From an uncultured Alphaproteobacteria bacterium (GTDB lineage Bacteria > Pseudomonadota > Alphaproteobacteria > Bin65): 64,000 bases of DNA. The position numbers and the translations under genes were made by a program. Location: the NCBI GenBank assembly GCA_947259335.1, contig CAMYMQ010000437.1, positions 12,617 to 76,616 of the forward strand, in the 5' to 3' direction. Below are positions 48,008-57,521 of this stretch, in pieces. The notes under the pieces are model-generated. The model did no database searches, had not been told where the DNA came from, and saw nothing but the letters and a program-made list of their open reading frames with translations. Position 1 is the first letter of the stretch. Each line of letters starts with the position of its first letter.

Positions 48008-49525
48008 ATGTCCAACGGTGAGGCGGCACTGGTCCTGAAGGACGGTCACCTGATTGATCCGTCTCAGAATATCGACGGCACGATCGATATCGTCGTCGCG
48101 GATGGCAAGATTCGGGGACTTGGCCCCGAAGCCGTCGCGAAAGCACCGGCGAACGCCGAGACCGTGGATCTAGCCGGGCATTATGTCAGCCCCGGTTGGT
48201 TCGACATTCACATCCACGCATACGGCACCCTTGGCTTCGCCAATCCCGACAGCATCGGCATCAAGCAGGGCGTGACCAGCTACGTCGATGCGGGTGGTCC
48301 CGGTATCGGCGTAATGGAAGAGTTCGCGGCGTTGCTCGATGGGCAGACCGTCACCGATCTCTATGCCGGCCCCTACATCCGGCCGATGGGTATCATCGGA
48401 GCGCAGTTCATCGAGGGCGACATCCGCAGCCTGATGAATTTCCCGGTGACCCAGTGGGTCGATTTCATGGCGGCACATCCGGGCCTGGTTCGCTACCTGA
48501 AAGTTGCCGCGCTCGGGACCTACGGCACCGGGCCGCTGAAGATGGCCAAGGGCCTGGCGGAGATCATTGGGGTGCCGCTATACGGGCATATCGGCGAATA
48601 CCAGCACCAACCCGCCGACCCCTGCGTCTATGAGATATTCAACATCTCGGGGCCGGGCGACATCATCACCCACGTCTATCACGCCAATGACGGCCCGGTC
48701 CTTGACGCGGACGGAAAGGTGTTCCCGGTCGTGCGCGACGCCATGCGCCGCGGTGTGATCTTCGACGTCGGTTTCGGCGCGTTCAATTTCGGCTGGGATC
48801 TCGCGGAGAAATGCTTCGCACAGGATCTGCGCCCGCACATCATCAGTTCCGACCTGCAGCAGTTCAACGTGCTTGGACCGGTCAAATCGCTGGCGAACAT
48901 CCTGGGCATTTTCCTGCACCTGGGCATGACCAAGACCGAAGTGATCGACGCGATCACTCATACCCCGGCCAAGGTTCTCGGTCTGGCAGACACTGTTGGC
49001 AGTCTCGCGCCCGGAATGCCGGCCGATATCACCGTATTCGACATCGAGGATGGTGACTTCGAAGCCATGGATACCTATGCGGGGTCGCGTCAGGTCGCCC
49101 GGCGATTCGTGCCGGTTCTGGTCTTCAAGAATGGCGTGCGGCACGAGATCGACATGGATTTGTGCCAGGACGACCGGAACTGGTTGATGCAGATCGCCGA
49201 GGATCATGTTCCGGAGGCCGCAGCATCCCTGGACGATCACCAGCGCAAGTTTCTGAGAGCGCTGCGCGTGGCGCTGGAGCCCTACGACTGGACCTACGAT
49301 CTGGAAAACATGGACCTCGAGAAGGCGACAAACCTGCAAAACGTCGTCACGGAAACCGCAAACCGCATTGGTCTGCCGTTGCGCGAAGCTCTGATGGCTC
49401 TTTACGGGACATTCCTCGACAGTCCCTTCACCCTTCAAAGCGGCCTGCTGCTGCTACAGGTTAACCGGGACCTGGCGATGACACGGTTGGACGCCGTCAC
49501 GGGTGTCCGACAGGCCGCGGCATAG
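48008..49525 (+). CDS. Amidohydrolase-superfamily metallohydrolase (dihydroorotase/deacetylase-like) with a ~110-aa helical C-terminal extension
   Basis: VSPGWFDIHIHAYG HxH motif and GSLAPGMPADITVFD C-terminal barrel motif. ATG 48008. Confidence 0.85.
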   Translation: MSNGEAALVLKDGHLIDPSQNIDGTIDIVVADGKIRGLGPEAVAKAPANAETVDLAGHYVSPGWFDIHIHAYGTLGFANPDSIGIKQGVTSYVDAGGPGIGVMEEFAALLDGQTVTDLYAGPYIRPMGIIGAQFIEGDIRSLMNFPVTQWVDFMAAHPGLVRYLKVAALGTYGTGPLKMAKGLAEIIGVPLYGHIGEYQHQPADPCVYEIFNISGPGDIITHVYHANDGPVLDADGKVFPVVRDAMRRGVIFDVGFGAFNFGWDLAEKCFAQDLRPHIISSDLQQFNVLGPVKSLANILGIFLHLGMTKTEVIDAITHTPAKVLGLADTVGSLAPGMPADITVFDIEDGDFEAMDTYAGSRQVARRFVPVLVFKNGVRHEIDMDLCQDDRNWLMQIAEDHVPEAAASLDDHQRKFLRALRVALEPYDWTYDLENMDLEKATNLQNVVTETANRIGLPLREALMALYGTFLDSPFTLQSGLLLLQVNRDLAMTRLDAVTGVRQAAA

Positions 49526-49533
49526 AGACGGCA

Positions 49534-49881
49534 ATGGGCGACGGCGACTCCTCCGTGACAGAGTGGCAGGTCTTGGCCGGCATCGAAGCTGCGACCGCCG
49601 AGTTTCCCGTGGAAACAGAATTGGCCGGCGAGCCGATCCTGGTTTTCAAGACGGCGGATGGCTATCGGGGCACCGAGCCCTTATGCCCCCACCAAAAGGT
49701 GCCGCTGACATCCGCGGTACTGATGAACGGTGACACGATGCTCCGTTGCTCTCGGCATCATTTCATCTTTCGCTTGGACGGCGGTGCGGGCGTGAACTGT
49801 ACCGGGATGAAGCTGAAAACCTATCGCATCCGTGAAGTGGACGGCCGTCTCGAAGGTGCGCTCCCGGAAAACGGTGGTTGA
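49534..49881 (+). CDS. Small Rieske [2Fe-2S] protein (Rieske ferredoxin / NirD-like)
   Basis: 115 aa. CPHQKVPL...(18 aa)...CSRHHFIF. Confidence 0.8.
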   Translation: MGDGDSSVTEWQVLAGIEAATAEFPVETELAGEPILVFKTADGYRGTEPLCPHQKVPLTSAVLMNGDTMLRCSRHHFIFRLDGGAGVNCTGMKLKTYRIREVDGRLEGALPENGG

Positions 49882-49913
49882 TCGCCAACGCCCAGCCGCG
49901 GAAGGAGGGGAGA

Positions 49914-50939
49914 ATGTTCCTGCGGAACCACTGGTACATCGCCGCGACGCCGGACGAGATCGGCCGGGATCTCCTGCAACGCTTCATCCTGGACGAACCG
50001 GTTCTCTTTTACCGGAAGAAAGACGGCACCCCGGTCGCTCTCGCGGATGCCTGCCCCCACCGCAGCATGCCCCTGTCGGATGGTGCCTTGATCGGCGACA
50101 CCGTGCAATGCGGCTACCACGGCCTGGAATTTGACGGATCCGGCGCCTGCACCAAGATTCCCGGCCAAACCAACATTCCGCCGCGTTGCCGCGTAAGCGC
50201 CTACCCGCTGGTCGAGAAATGGCGGTGGGTGTGGATATGGATGGGCAATCCCGAAGCTGCCGACCCGGCCGCTATTCCGGATTTCCATTGGAACGACGAT
50301 CCAGACTGGATCCCGACCGGAGGTCGCTTTTATATCAAGTGCAACTATCAACTCCTGGTCGACAATCTGCTCGACCTCTCCCACGAGACCTTCGTTCACC
50401 CCTCGACCATTGGCAACGCAGCCGTTGCGGAAACGCCGGTGCGGACCGAATCGGACGACGGTGAAGTGCGGGTTCTACGCCAGATCAATGGTCAGCCAGC
50501 GCCGCCACTCTACGTTGCCCTGAAGAACTTTACGGGCAACATCGACCGCACACAGAACATCACCTGGACCCCGCCAACAAACATCGTGATTGAATCGCGG
50601 TCCATGCCGTCGGGGTCCAACGATCCGGACATGATCCTGGAGTATCGGGTGCTGAACGGGATCACCCCGGCGACGGCAACCGCCACCCATCATTTCTGGG
50701 CAACGCCGCGCAACTTCGCGCCGGAAGAAGACGTGACGAAAGCGTTCCACGACGGCTCCGTTCGGGCGTTCAGCGAGGACGTTGAGGTGCTCGAGAAACA
50801 ACAGGCAATGATCGAACATCAGGCGGCGTTGCGCGGGCGAGACCCCACCTGGATCGACATCAATGCCGATCAGGGCGGCTTGCTCGCCCGAAGGGAGGTA
50901 AAGCGCTTGTTAGAGTCTGAACAGGCGCATCGCGCCTGA
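49914..50939 (+). CDS. VanA-like (alpha-only) Rieske non-haem iron oxygenase, second copy
   Basis: 341 aa from MFLRNHWY (GAAGGAGGGG upstream). CPHRSMPL...CGYHGLEF and NLLDLSHETFVH motifs. Confidence 0.9.
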   Translation: MFLRNHWYIAATPDEIGRDLLQRFILDEPVLFYRKKDGTPVALADACPHRSMPLSDGALIGDTVQCGYHGLEFDGSGACTKIPGQTNIPPRCRVSAYPLVEKWRWVWIWMGNPEAADPAAIPDFHWNDDPDWIPTGGRFYIKCNYQLLVDNLLDLSHETFVHPSTIGNAAVAETPVRTESDDGEVRVLRQINGQPAPPLYVALKNFTGNIDRTQNITWTPPTNIVIESRSMPSGSNDPDMILEYRVLNGITPATATATHHFWATPRNFAPEEDVTKAFHDGSVRAFSEDVEVLEKQQAMIEHQAALRGRDPTWIDINADQGGLLARREVKRLLESEQAHRA

Positions 50940-51021
50940 CAAGGACCGAACAGTATGTGGGCTGGCCAGTCCACACAGGGAGTTCAGTAGAAATCGTTCT
51001 AAGACAAAAAAAGGGAAGACG

Positions 51022-52194
51022 ATGATCCGACGAATTGTAATGGGTGCCGCGATCGCGGCCGTGGTTGGCGGCGCAACGCCAGCCATGGCGCAGAAGGAAA
51101 TCCGATTGGGCTTCATGAGCCCGCTTTCCGGACCCCTGACCTTCCTGGGCAAGGAACAGGTCATGGGCATGGAACTGGCGCTTGAGCGGCTTGGCTACAA
51201 GCTGGGCGGCATTCCGGTGAAGGTGTTCAAACAGGACGGCCGAATGAGCGCGGCCACCGCGAACCAGGCGGTCACCAAGCTTGTCGAGCAAGACAAGATC
51301 GACATCCTGACCGGCCTGATCCTGTCGAACCAGACCATAGCCATAACCAAGCCGCTGACCGACAAAGGCAAATTCGTCATCAGCGGCGTGTCGGGCCCGA
51401 AACCGCTGGCCGGCGCCAAGTGCAACCCGAACTTCTTTGCCATCTCATGGCAGAACGAAGGGCCCAGTGAGGCGCTGGGCAAGTTCATGACCGACCGCGG
51501 CGTGAAGAGCGTGTTCGCGATGAGCCAGAACTATGTGGCAGGGCGCGATCACGTGGCAGGCGTCTGGTACTACTACAAGGGCCAGCGCAAGGGCGAAGTC
51601 TACGTCCCGCGCCGCCACACCGACTATTCCGGCGAAATCGCCCGCATCCGCGCAGCGAACCCGGAGGGTGTCTTCATGTTCCTGCCGGGCCGGGGCGGCA
51701 TCGCCTTCCTGAAGCAGATGCAGGGCGCCGGACTCTTGAAGAACATCAAGATCTATGGCGGCTCCTGGGCAGCCGACGAGCATTCGTTCAAGGCCGTCGG
51801 CGACGCCGCGATCGGCGCAGAGCTGTCCAACCCCTGGTGGGCACAGCTCGACAATCCGACGAACAAGGAATTCGTCGCGGCCTTCCGCAAGAAGCACGGG
51901 CGGAACCCGGTGTTCTATGCCGCCTTCATGTATGACGTGATCAATCTGCTCGACGCCGCGATCAAGGAAGCCGGCGGCATCGCCGACAAGGACAAGTTCC
52001 GCGCCGCTCTTCGGAAGGCAAACTTCAAGTCGGTGCGGGGCAGCTTCAAGTTCAACAAGAATCACTTCCCGATCCAGGATTTCTACATCGGCAAGGTGGT
52101 GAAGAAAGACGGCCAGTTGACCCACGAGGTCATCGGCAAGGCCTTCAGCGATCTCGGCGACCGGTACGCCAAGGACTGCAAGATGGCGAAGTAG
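51022..52194 (+). CDS. ABC transporter substrate-binding protein (Leu/Ile/Val-binding, LivJ-like family)
   Basis: 390 aa. Signal peptide MIRRIVMGAAIAAVVGGATPAMA and type I PBP sequence IRLGFMSPLSGPLTFLGKE. Confidence 0.9.
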   Translation: MIRRIVMGAAIAAVVGGATPAMAQKEIRLGFMSPLSGPLTFLGKEQVMGMELALERLGYKLGGIPVKVFKQDGRMSAATANQAVTKLVEQDKIDILTGLILSNQTIAITKPLTDKGKFVISGVSGPKPLAGAKCNPNFFAISWQNEGPSEALGKFMTDRGVKSVFAMSQNYVAGRDHVAGVWYYYKGQRKGEVYVPRRHTDYSGEIARIRAANPEGVFMFLPGRGGIAFLKQMQGAGLLKNIKIYGGSWAADEHSFKAVGDAAIGAELSNPWWAQLDNPTNKEFVAAFRKKHGRNPVFYAAFMYDVINLLDAAIKEAGGIADKDKFRAALRKANFKSVRGSFKFNKNHFPIQDFYIGKVVKKDGQLTHEVIGKAFSDLGDRYAKDCKMAK

Positions 52195-52215
52195 CGCTTC
52201 GCCGCCGAAAACCGG

Positions 52216-52248
52216 AAAAAGGCCGCGGTCATCGCCGCGGCCTTTTTT
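52216..52248. terminator. Bidirectional intrinsic terminator
   Basis: AAAAA-GGCCGCGG-TCATCG-CCGCGGCC-TTTTTT between convergent genes (binding protein on +, LivF-like on -). Confidence 0.8.
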
Positions 52249-52269
52249 CGTGTCGGTATCACGTGGCGG

Positions 52270-52971
52270 TCAGATGCCCAGATAGGTCTCGATGACTTCC
52301 GGCGCGCTCTCCAGCTCAATTGTCGTGCCGGACCAGCCGACTTTGCCGTTCTGAACAAAGTAGTGCCGATCCGCCAAACTCAAGAGCGCATCCACATCCT
52401 TGTCGATTACCAGGATCGACAGGCCTTCCTTCTTGAGATTGTCGAGTACCGTCCAGATCTCCTCCTGGATAAGAGGCGCGAGCCCTTCGGTCGCTTCATC
52501 CAGGATCAGCAGTTTCGGGTTGGTCGCCAGCGCCCGGCCGATCGCGACCATCTGCTGCTCGCCACCCGATATCTGATTGCCCATATGATCGCGGCGCTCG
52601 GCGAGACGTGGGAACAGGTCGTACACTCGCTCGACCGTCCACGGATTGGCTTCGTTGCGCCGGTTGGCTGAGGTCGCGAACAGGTTTTCGTAGACCGACA
52701 GGTTCGGAAAAATCTGCCGCCCTTCCGGTACCAGGCCAATGCCCGATTGCGCGACTCGGAACGCGGGAAGGTGTTCGGTACGCTCCCCGTCGAAGGTGAT
52801 GCTGCCGTTGCGGGCCGGCGTGAAACACATGATCGAGCGAACCGTCGTCGTCTTGCCCATGCCGTTGCGGCCCATGAGCGTAACGACCTCGCCGTCGTTG
52901 ACTTCCATCGACATGCCGAAGAGGACCTGGCTTTCACCGTAGAAGGTCTCGATGTTGTCGACCTTCAGCAT
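52270..52971 (-). CDS. Branched-chain amino acid-type ABC transporter ATP-binding protein (LivF-like)
   Basis: 233 aa. Walker A GRNGMGKTT, signature ISGGEQQM, Walker B LLILDEAT. Confidence 0.9.
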   Translation of the reverse strand: MLKVDNIETFYGESQVLFGMSMEVNDGEVVTLMGRNGMGKTTTVRSIMCFTPARNGSITFDGERTEHLPAFRVAQSGIGLVPEGRQIFPNLSVYENLFATSANRRNEANPWTVERVYDLFPRLAERRDHMGNQISGGEQQMVAIGRALATNPKLLILDEATEGLAPLIQEEIWTVLDNLKKEGLSILVIDKDVDALLSLADRHYFVQNGKVGWSGTTIELESAPEVIETYLGI

Positions 52972-53768
52972 GACGTATCCCCGCCAGGTGACGCCTTCGA
53001 CCTGGACACATTCAACTTGTCGGCCTTGTCGCCGAGATAGGCACGGCGAACTTCAGCGTTTTGCCGAATTTGGTCCGGCCTTTCGGTCGCCACCCGACGG
53101 CCGTTGACCAAGGCACTGATGCGGTCGGCCAGGGAGAAGACAACATCCATGTCATGCTCGATCATCAAGATCGCATAGCGACCCTTCAGCGTGTCGAGGA
53201 ACGCGATCATGCCCTCCGTCGCCGCCGGGCCCATGCCGGCGGTCGGCTCGTCCAGCAACAGCACCTTGGGATCGGTGGCCAGCGCCATGGCGATCTCGAG
53301 CTGGCGGTGCTCGCCGTGCGACATATTCTTGACCAAAATGTCCTGCCGATGACCGAGGCCAATCTCGGCGAGGATCGCCGCCGCCTTTTCATTCAAATGG
53401 TCAACCGAGCGAGCCGGCTTCCAGAACTTGAAGCTGTTGCCGTCGATCGCCTGGGCGGCGAAGGCAACATTTTCCAGTGCGCTGAAGGACGGGATGACGC
53501 TGGTGATCTGATAGGACCTCGCCAGACCCAAACGCGCCCGCTTGTGCACCGGCAAAGCAGTCACGTCGCGGCCGCCCAGCAAGATCCGGCCATGATCAGG
53601 ACGCAACTCGCCAGCGAGTTGAGACACGAATGTGGTTTTGCCCGCACCGTTCGGGCCGATTACGGCATGCACCTCTCCGGGCTGCACGTCCAGATCCACG
53701 TCTTCATTGGCGATCAGCGCGCCGAAGCGCTTGGTGAGACCTTCGACCTTGAGGACGGCTTCGGTCAT
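52965..53768 (-). CDS. Branched-chain amino acid-type ABC transporter ATP-binding protein (LivG-like)
   Basis: 267 aa. Walker A GPNGAGKTT, MSHGEHRQLEIAMAL, LLLDEPTAGM. Confidence 0.9.
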   Translation of the reverse strand: MTEAVLKVEGLTKRFGALIANEDVDLDVQPGEVHAVIGPNGAGKTTFVSQLAGELRPDHGRILLGGRDVTALPVHKRARLGLARSYQITSVIPSFSALENVAFAAQAIDGNSFKFWKPARSVDHLNEKAAAILAEIGLGHRQDILVKNMSHGEHRQLEIAMALATDPKVLLLDEPTAGMGPAATEGMIAFLDTLKGRYAILMIEHDMDVVFSLADRISALVNGRRVATERPDQIRQNAEVRRAYLGDKADKLNVSRSKASPGGDTSC

Positions 53769-54742
53769 CCGTCCTCTCCCTTAGGCTTGATCAGGCCGTA
53801 GATGCCGCGCCTGCCGAACAGCACGATCAGGATCAGCATGGGCCCGAAGATCGCCATCCAATGCTCGGTGAGGTTGGAGATTCCCTCCTCCAGCAGAACG
53901 AACACCCCGGTTCCGATGATCGGACCAATCAGCGAATTCGCCCCGCCCACGATCACCATGATCAACAGGTCGCCGGAGATGATCCAATGCAGCTCGTCAG
54001 GGCTGACGAATTTCTGGAGGTTCATGTGCAGCGCGCCGGCCAGGCCGGCGATACCGCCCGAGATCATGAAGGCCACCAAGCGATAGCCGAAGGTGTTGTA
54101 GCCGAGCGACTTGGCGCGCCGTTCATTGTCCCGGCAGGCCTTGATGACACGGCCGAAACGGGAATTCACGAGCTTGTAGCTGACGTATAGAATCGCCACC
54201 AAGATCGCCAGAGTGAAATAGTGGAACACGGCGGGGTCGTTGAAGTTGAGGGCACCCAGGAAGTCAGTGCGGCTCGGCAGCGGCAAGCCTTCGTCGCCGC
54301 CGTAGTTCTCGCCGATGCGAATGCCGTTCGCGAGGTAGTAGAGCATCTGCGCGAACGCTAGCGTGATCATGATGAAATACACGCCGACGGTCCGCAGGAC
54401 GATCATACCCACGATACAAGCGAGCACCACCGAGAGCGCGATCGCCGCCGGATACACGACGAAGCCATTGCCAATCCCGAGGTAGGTCAGGACACCCAGG
54501 ACATAGCCGCCAGATCCGAGAAACATCGCGTGGCCGAAACTGATCAACCCGCCATAGCCCAGCAGGATGTCGAGGCTGATTGCCACCATGGAGAGGACAA
54601 TGACGCGGGTTGCTACGCGCAGGAGATAAGCGTCGCCGAATAGCGGCAGGATGAGCATCACCGCCAACAACACCAGCATGGTGAGGTGGCGCAGATCGAA
54701 CGAACGCGAGCCGAAGAGCAGACCTTTTGGCATCGCGCTCAT
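53765..54742 (-). CDS. Branched-chain amino acid-type ABC transporter permease (LivM-like)
   Basis: 325-aa polytopic protein. Its stop overlaps the LivG-like start (ATGA). Confidence 0.85.
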   Translation of the reverse strand: MSAMPKGLLFGSRSFDLRHLTMLVLLAVMLILPLFGDAYLLRVATRVIVLSMVAISLDILLGYGGLISFGHAMFLGSGGYVLGVLTYLGIGNGFVVYPAAIALSVVLACIVGMIVLRTVGVYFIMITLAFAQMLYYLANGIRIGENYGGDEGLPLPSRTDFLGALNFNDPAVFHYFTLAILVAILYVSYKLVNSRFGRVIKACRDNERRAKSLGYNTFGYRLVAFMISGGIAGLAGALHMNLQKFVSPDELHWIISGDLLIMVIVGGANSLIGPIIGTGVFVLLEEGISNLTEHWMAIFGPMLILIVLFGRRGIYGLIKPKGEDG

Positions 54743-54751
54743 CCGCTCCTG

Positions 54752-55690
54752 CTAGCCGCGTCCAGGTGCGAACAGCCCGCTGGGGCGAAAAAACAACACC
54801 CCGGCCATGGCCAGATAGATCGCCATGGCGGCGATTGCCGGTCCCAACGTGTAGCCGAGGAACATCGGCAGCAGGAACCGGCCGATCGTGTCGATGAGAC
54901 CGATCAGGATCGATGCGATGAAGGCGCCGCGAATGGACCCGATTCCGCCGATCACGATCACGACGAAGGTCAGGATCATGATTTCTTCGCCGATGCCCAC
55001 CTGCACGCTGGTCAGCGGTGTCGTCATCACGCCGGCGAGCGCCGCCAGCCCCGCGCCCAGGGCGAAGACCAGCGTGAAGAGCCGATTGATGTTCATCCCA
55101 AGGCCCGCGACCATCTCACGGTTGCTGGCGCCTGCGCGAATGAGCATGCCGACACGGGTGCGGGAGATCAGGAGATACAGGCCAATGGCAGCGAGGATGC
55201 CGACCACCGTGATCGCCAAACGGTAGGACGAATAGGTGATACCCGGGATGATTTCGATCGGCGAGAGCAACGTAGGCGGCTTCGGCACATTCATCGGCTC
55301 CGAGCCGAACAGGATCTTGGCGAATTCGTTGAAGAACAACAGCAGGCCGAACGTCGCCAGCACATGATCGAGATGCGTCCCCGAATACAGACGCCGAAAG
55401 ATCGTAACTTCGAGGATCGCGTTGAGTCCGACAGTGATCAGGATGCCCAGCATCACGCCGAGCACGAAGAGCAGAGTCAGAAGCCAGATGTCCGACCATC
55501 CCGTCAGGGCCGTCAGCCAGGCAATCGACTTCGCGCCGAAGAAGCCGCCCAGCATGTAGAGCGAGCCGTGCGTCAGGTTGACGAAATCCATGATCCCGAA
55601 GATCAGGGTCAGTCCAGCCGCCATGAGGAACAGCATGATGCCGAACTGAACGCCGTTGAGCATCTGCTCGATGATCAGCAACAGGCTCAC
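54752..55690 (-). CDS. Branched-chain amino acid-type ABC transporter permease (LivH-like)
   Basis: Polytopic. N-terminus SLLLIIEQMLNGVQFGIMLFLMAAGLTLIFG is LivH-like. GTG 55690 with GGAG 9 nt upstream is preferred; the start is uncertain. Confidence 0.8.
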   Translation of the reverse strand: MSLLLIIEQMLNGVQFGIMLFLMAAGLTLIFGIMDFVNLTHGSLYMLGGFFGAKSIAWLTALTGWSDIWLLTLLFVLGVMLGILITVGLNAILEVTIFRRLYSGTHLDHVLATFGLLLFFNEFAKILFGSEPMNVPKPPTLLSPIEIIPGITYSSYRLAITVVGILAAIGLYLLISRTRVGMLIRAGASNREMVAGLGMNINRLFTLVFALGAGLAALAGVMTTPLTSVQVGIGEEIMILTFVVIVIGGIGSIRGAFIASILIGLIDTIGRFLLPMFLGYTLGPAIAAMAIYLAMAGVLFFRPSGLFAPGRG

Positions 55691-55740
55691 GAAGACGCTC
55701 CAGTGCCAGATACGTTCGGGGAGTACCGGAAGAGGCTGAT

Positions 55741-55758
55741 AGCACACGTTTGTGTGCT
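55741..55758. promoter_or_regulatory. Perfect 7-bp-arm palindrome AGCACAC-N4-GTGTGCT upstream of the Liv-type permease genes
   Basis: AGCACACGTTTGTGTGCT sits 51-68 nt upstream of the proposed LivH-like start, in an AT-richer patch. Confidence 0.3.
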
Positions 55759-55823
55759 TATTTGAAATACTGTAGGGCGCGCAATCTCCCCTGCGCAAGC
55801 CCCAATCCCGATCGCGTCCGCGG

Positions 55824-57521
55824 TCACACCTGATTCCGCAGGGTCGCAGCCAGCCTTTCCGCGATCATGATCACGGTCAGATTCGTATTCGCTCGCGGAA
55901 TTGTCGGCATTATCGAAGCGTCGATCACCCGCAACCCGGGTACTCCATGAACTGCACCGGCAGGATCGACCACGGCTCCGGGATCGGATGCTGCGCCCAT
56001 CCGGCAGGTTCCGACTGGATGATAGAAAGGCACCGCCCGCGCCTTCACCCAATCCGCCAATGCGCCATCGTCGGCCATCAGGGCAGCCGCATCGTCCCCG
56101 GGCGCAATGACATCGCGGATCAATTTGCGCCGAAGCGGCGCTGGCCCGTTCAAGACAAGATTGGCGATCCAGGACCGTGCCCAGCTCGCCGCGCCATATC
56201 GGTTCAGATCGCGCACCCGTTCCGAATAGCTTGCCGGAAAGAATTCGTATATGGCGCGCGCCAGGGCGGGGTGGCGATAGATGCTGTAGGACATGCGCAA
56301 CGACGCTGAAAGGCGCGCGACATCGCGCTCGTCTGACAGCAGATTGAACTCGATGCGCGGCGACAGGGCGGGATCCGCCGTGTCGAGCGACACCCGGCCC
56401 CGGGACATCGGCTTGTAGATGCAGCTGACCAATCCCGCGAGGCGTTCACCCAAGGGATGCCACGACGACTTGTTGGTGACGGAGACGTACATGTCCGCCG
56501 GGGGGCAGCCGTCGACCCCGGACGAATAGCGCAGCGCCACATTGGGCGCCGCCCGCAGGCTCTTCGACTGCTTGCCGGCCGGCTTCAGATAAGCGGCCAT
56601 GGACACGGCGGGATGGTCCTGCAGGTTCGCGCCGACCCCGGCCAGATCCTTGCGGACAGCGATCCCCAGGGCCTGCAGGGCCGCGCCCGAGCCGATGCCC
56701 GCCCGCATGAGCATGGCCGGCGTCTGCAACGCGCCGGTCGAGAGGATCACTTCATTCCCCTTGAAATCTTCCGACGTATCCCCGCGGCTTACGCGCACGC
56801 CACTGGCTCTTGCGCCGTCGAACAGGATGTCCTCGACCTTGGCGTTGCCGATGATGTGTAGATTGTCCCTGCTGCGGACCGTCTCGGTCAGATAGCCCAT
56901 CGCCGTGCTTACCCGTTGCGTGGGGCTGCTGCTCATGGGCACCGCGCAATAGCCAGTCTCAGTCTCGCCGTTCATGTCCGGCACGAAATGATAGCCGTGC
57001 AGATCTTCCACTGCCTCGACAACCGCCTGACAGAAGCCGGGCCACTGGTCGCGCCGGTGCCGCCGGACCGGAATCGGTCCATCGGTGCCATGCCAGTGAT
57101 CGTCGAAGTCCAGATCACGCTCCAGCCGCCGGTAGAAGGGCAAGACCGTCTCCCAGCCCCACCCCACCGCACCGGCCTGTTCCCATTCCTCGAAGTCGCC
57201 GGGCATGCCGCGCAGCGCGATCATGGCGTTTATGCTCGATCCGCCGCCCATGATGCGGGCCTGCTCGTAGCGTCGCGGCGCCGCGGACTCCGGTGCATTG
57301 TGCGGGACCGGGGCGAAGTAGGCACGCAGGTGCGGCCAGAAATTGTCCGGGCGAAAGAAGGTGACGTAATAGGTATCTCTTACGTCGGCGGGTTCCCGGC
57401 CCGGAGGATAGTCAGGACCGGCTTCCAGGAGCAGAACCTTCCGGCCGGGATCCTCGCTCAACCGGCTCGCCAAGACGCACCCGGCCGACCCGCCCCCGAC
57501 GATGATGTGATCCCAGATCAT
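55824..57521 (-). CDS. GMC family FAD oxidoreductase (choline/alcohol dehydrogenase-like)
   Basis: About 565 aa from MIWDHIIVGGGSAGCVLASRLSED. C-terminal FYHPVGTCRMG GMC signature. Confidence 0.9.
   Translation of the reverse strand: MIWDHIIVGGGSAGCVLASRLSEDPGRKVLLLEAGPDYPPGREPADVRDTYYVTFFRPDNFWPHLRAYFAPVPHNAPESAAPRRYEQARIMGGGSSINAMIALRGMPGDFEEWEQAGAVGWGWETVLPFYRRLERDLDFDDHWHGTDGPIPVRRHRRDQWPGFCQAVVEAVEDLHGYHFVPDMNGETETGYCAVPMSSSPTQRVSTAMGYLTETVRSRDNLHIIGNAKVEDILFDGARASGVRVSRGDTSEDFKGNEVILSTGALQTPAMLMRAGIGSGAALQALGIAVRKDLAGVGANLQDHPAVSMAAYLKPAGKQSKSLRAAPNVALRYSSGVDGCPPADMYVSVTNKSSWHPLGERLAGLVSCIYKPMSRGRVSLDTADPALSPRIEFNLLSDERDVARLSASLRMSYSIYRHPALARAIYEFFPASYSERVRDLNRYGAASWARSWIANLVLNGPAPLRRKLIRDVIAPGDDAAALMADDGALADWVKARAVPFYHPVGTCRMGAASDPGAVVDPAGAVHGVPGLRVIDASIMPTIPRANTNLTVIMIAERLAATLRNQV

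Noticed and set aside
52965-53030. A ~22-aa C-terminal extension of the LivG-like ATPase (KADKLNVSRSKASPGGDTSC) overlapping the LivF-like start
   Set aside because: It looks like simple read-through of what is normally a short intergenic spacer until the first stop codon. There is no motif, so it is not evidence of a new domain.
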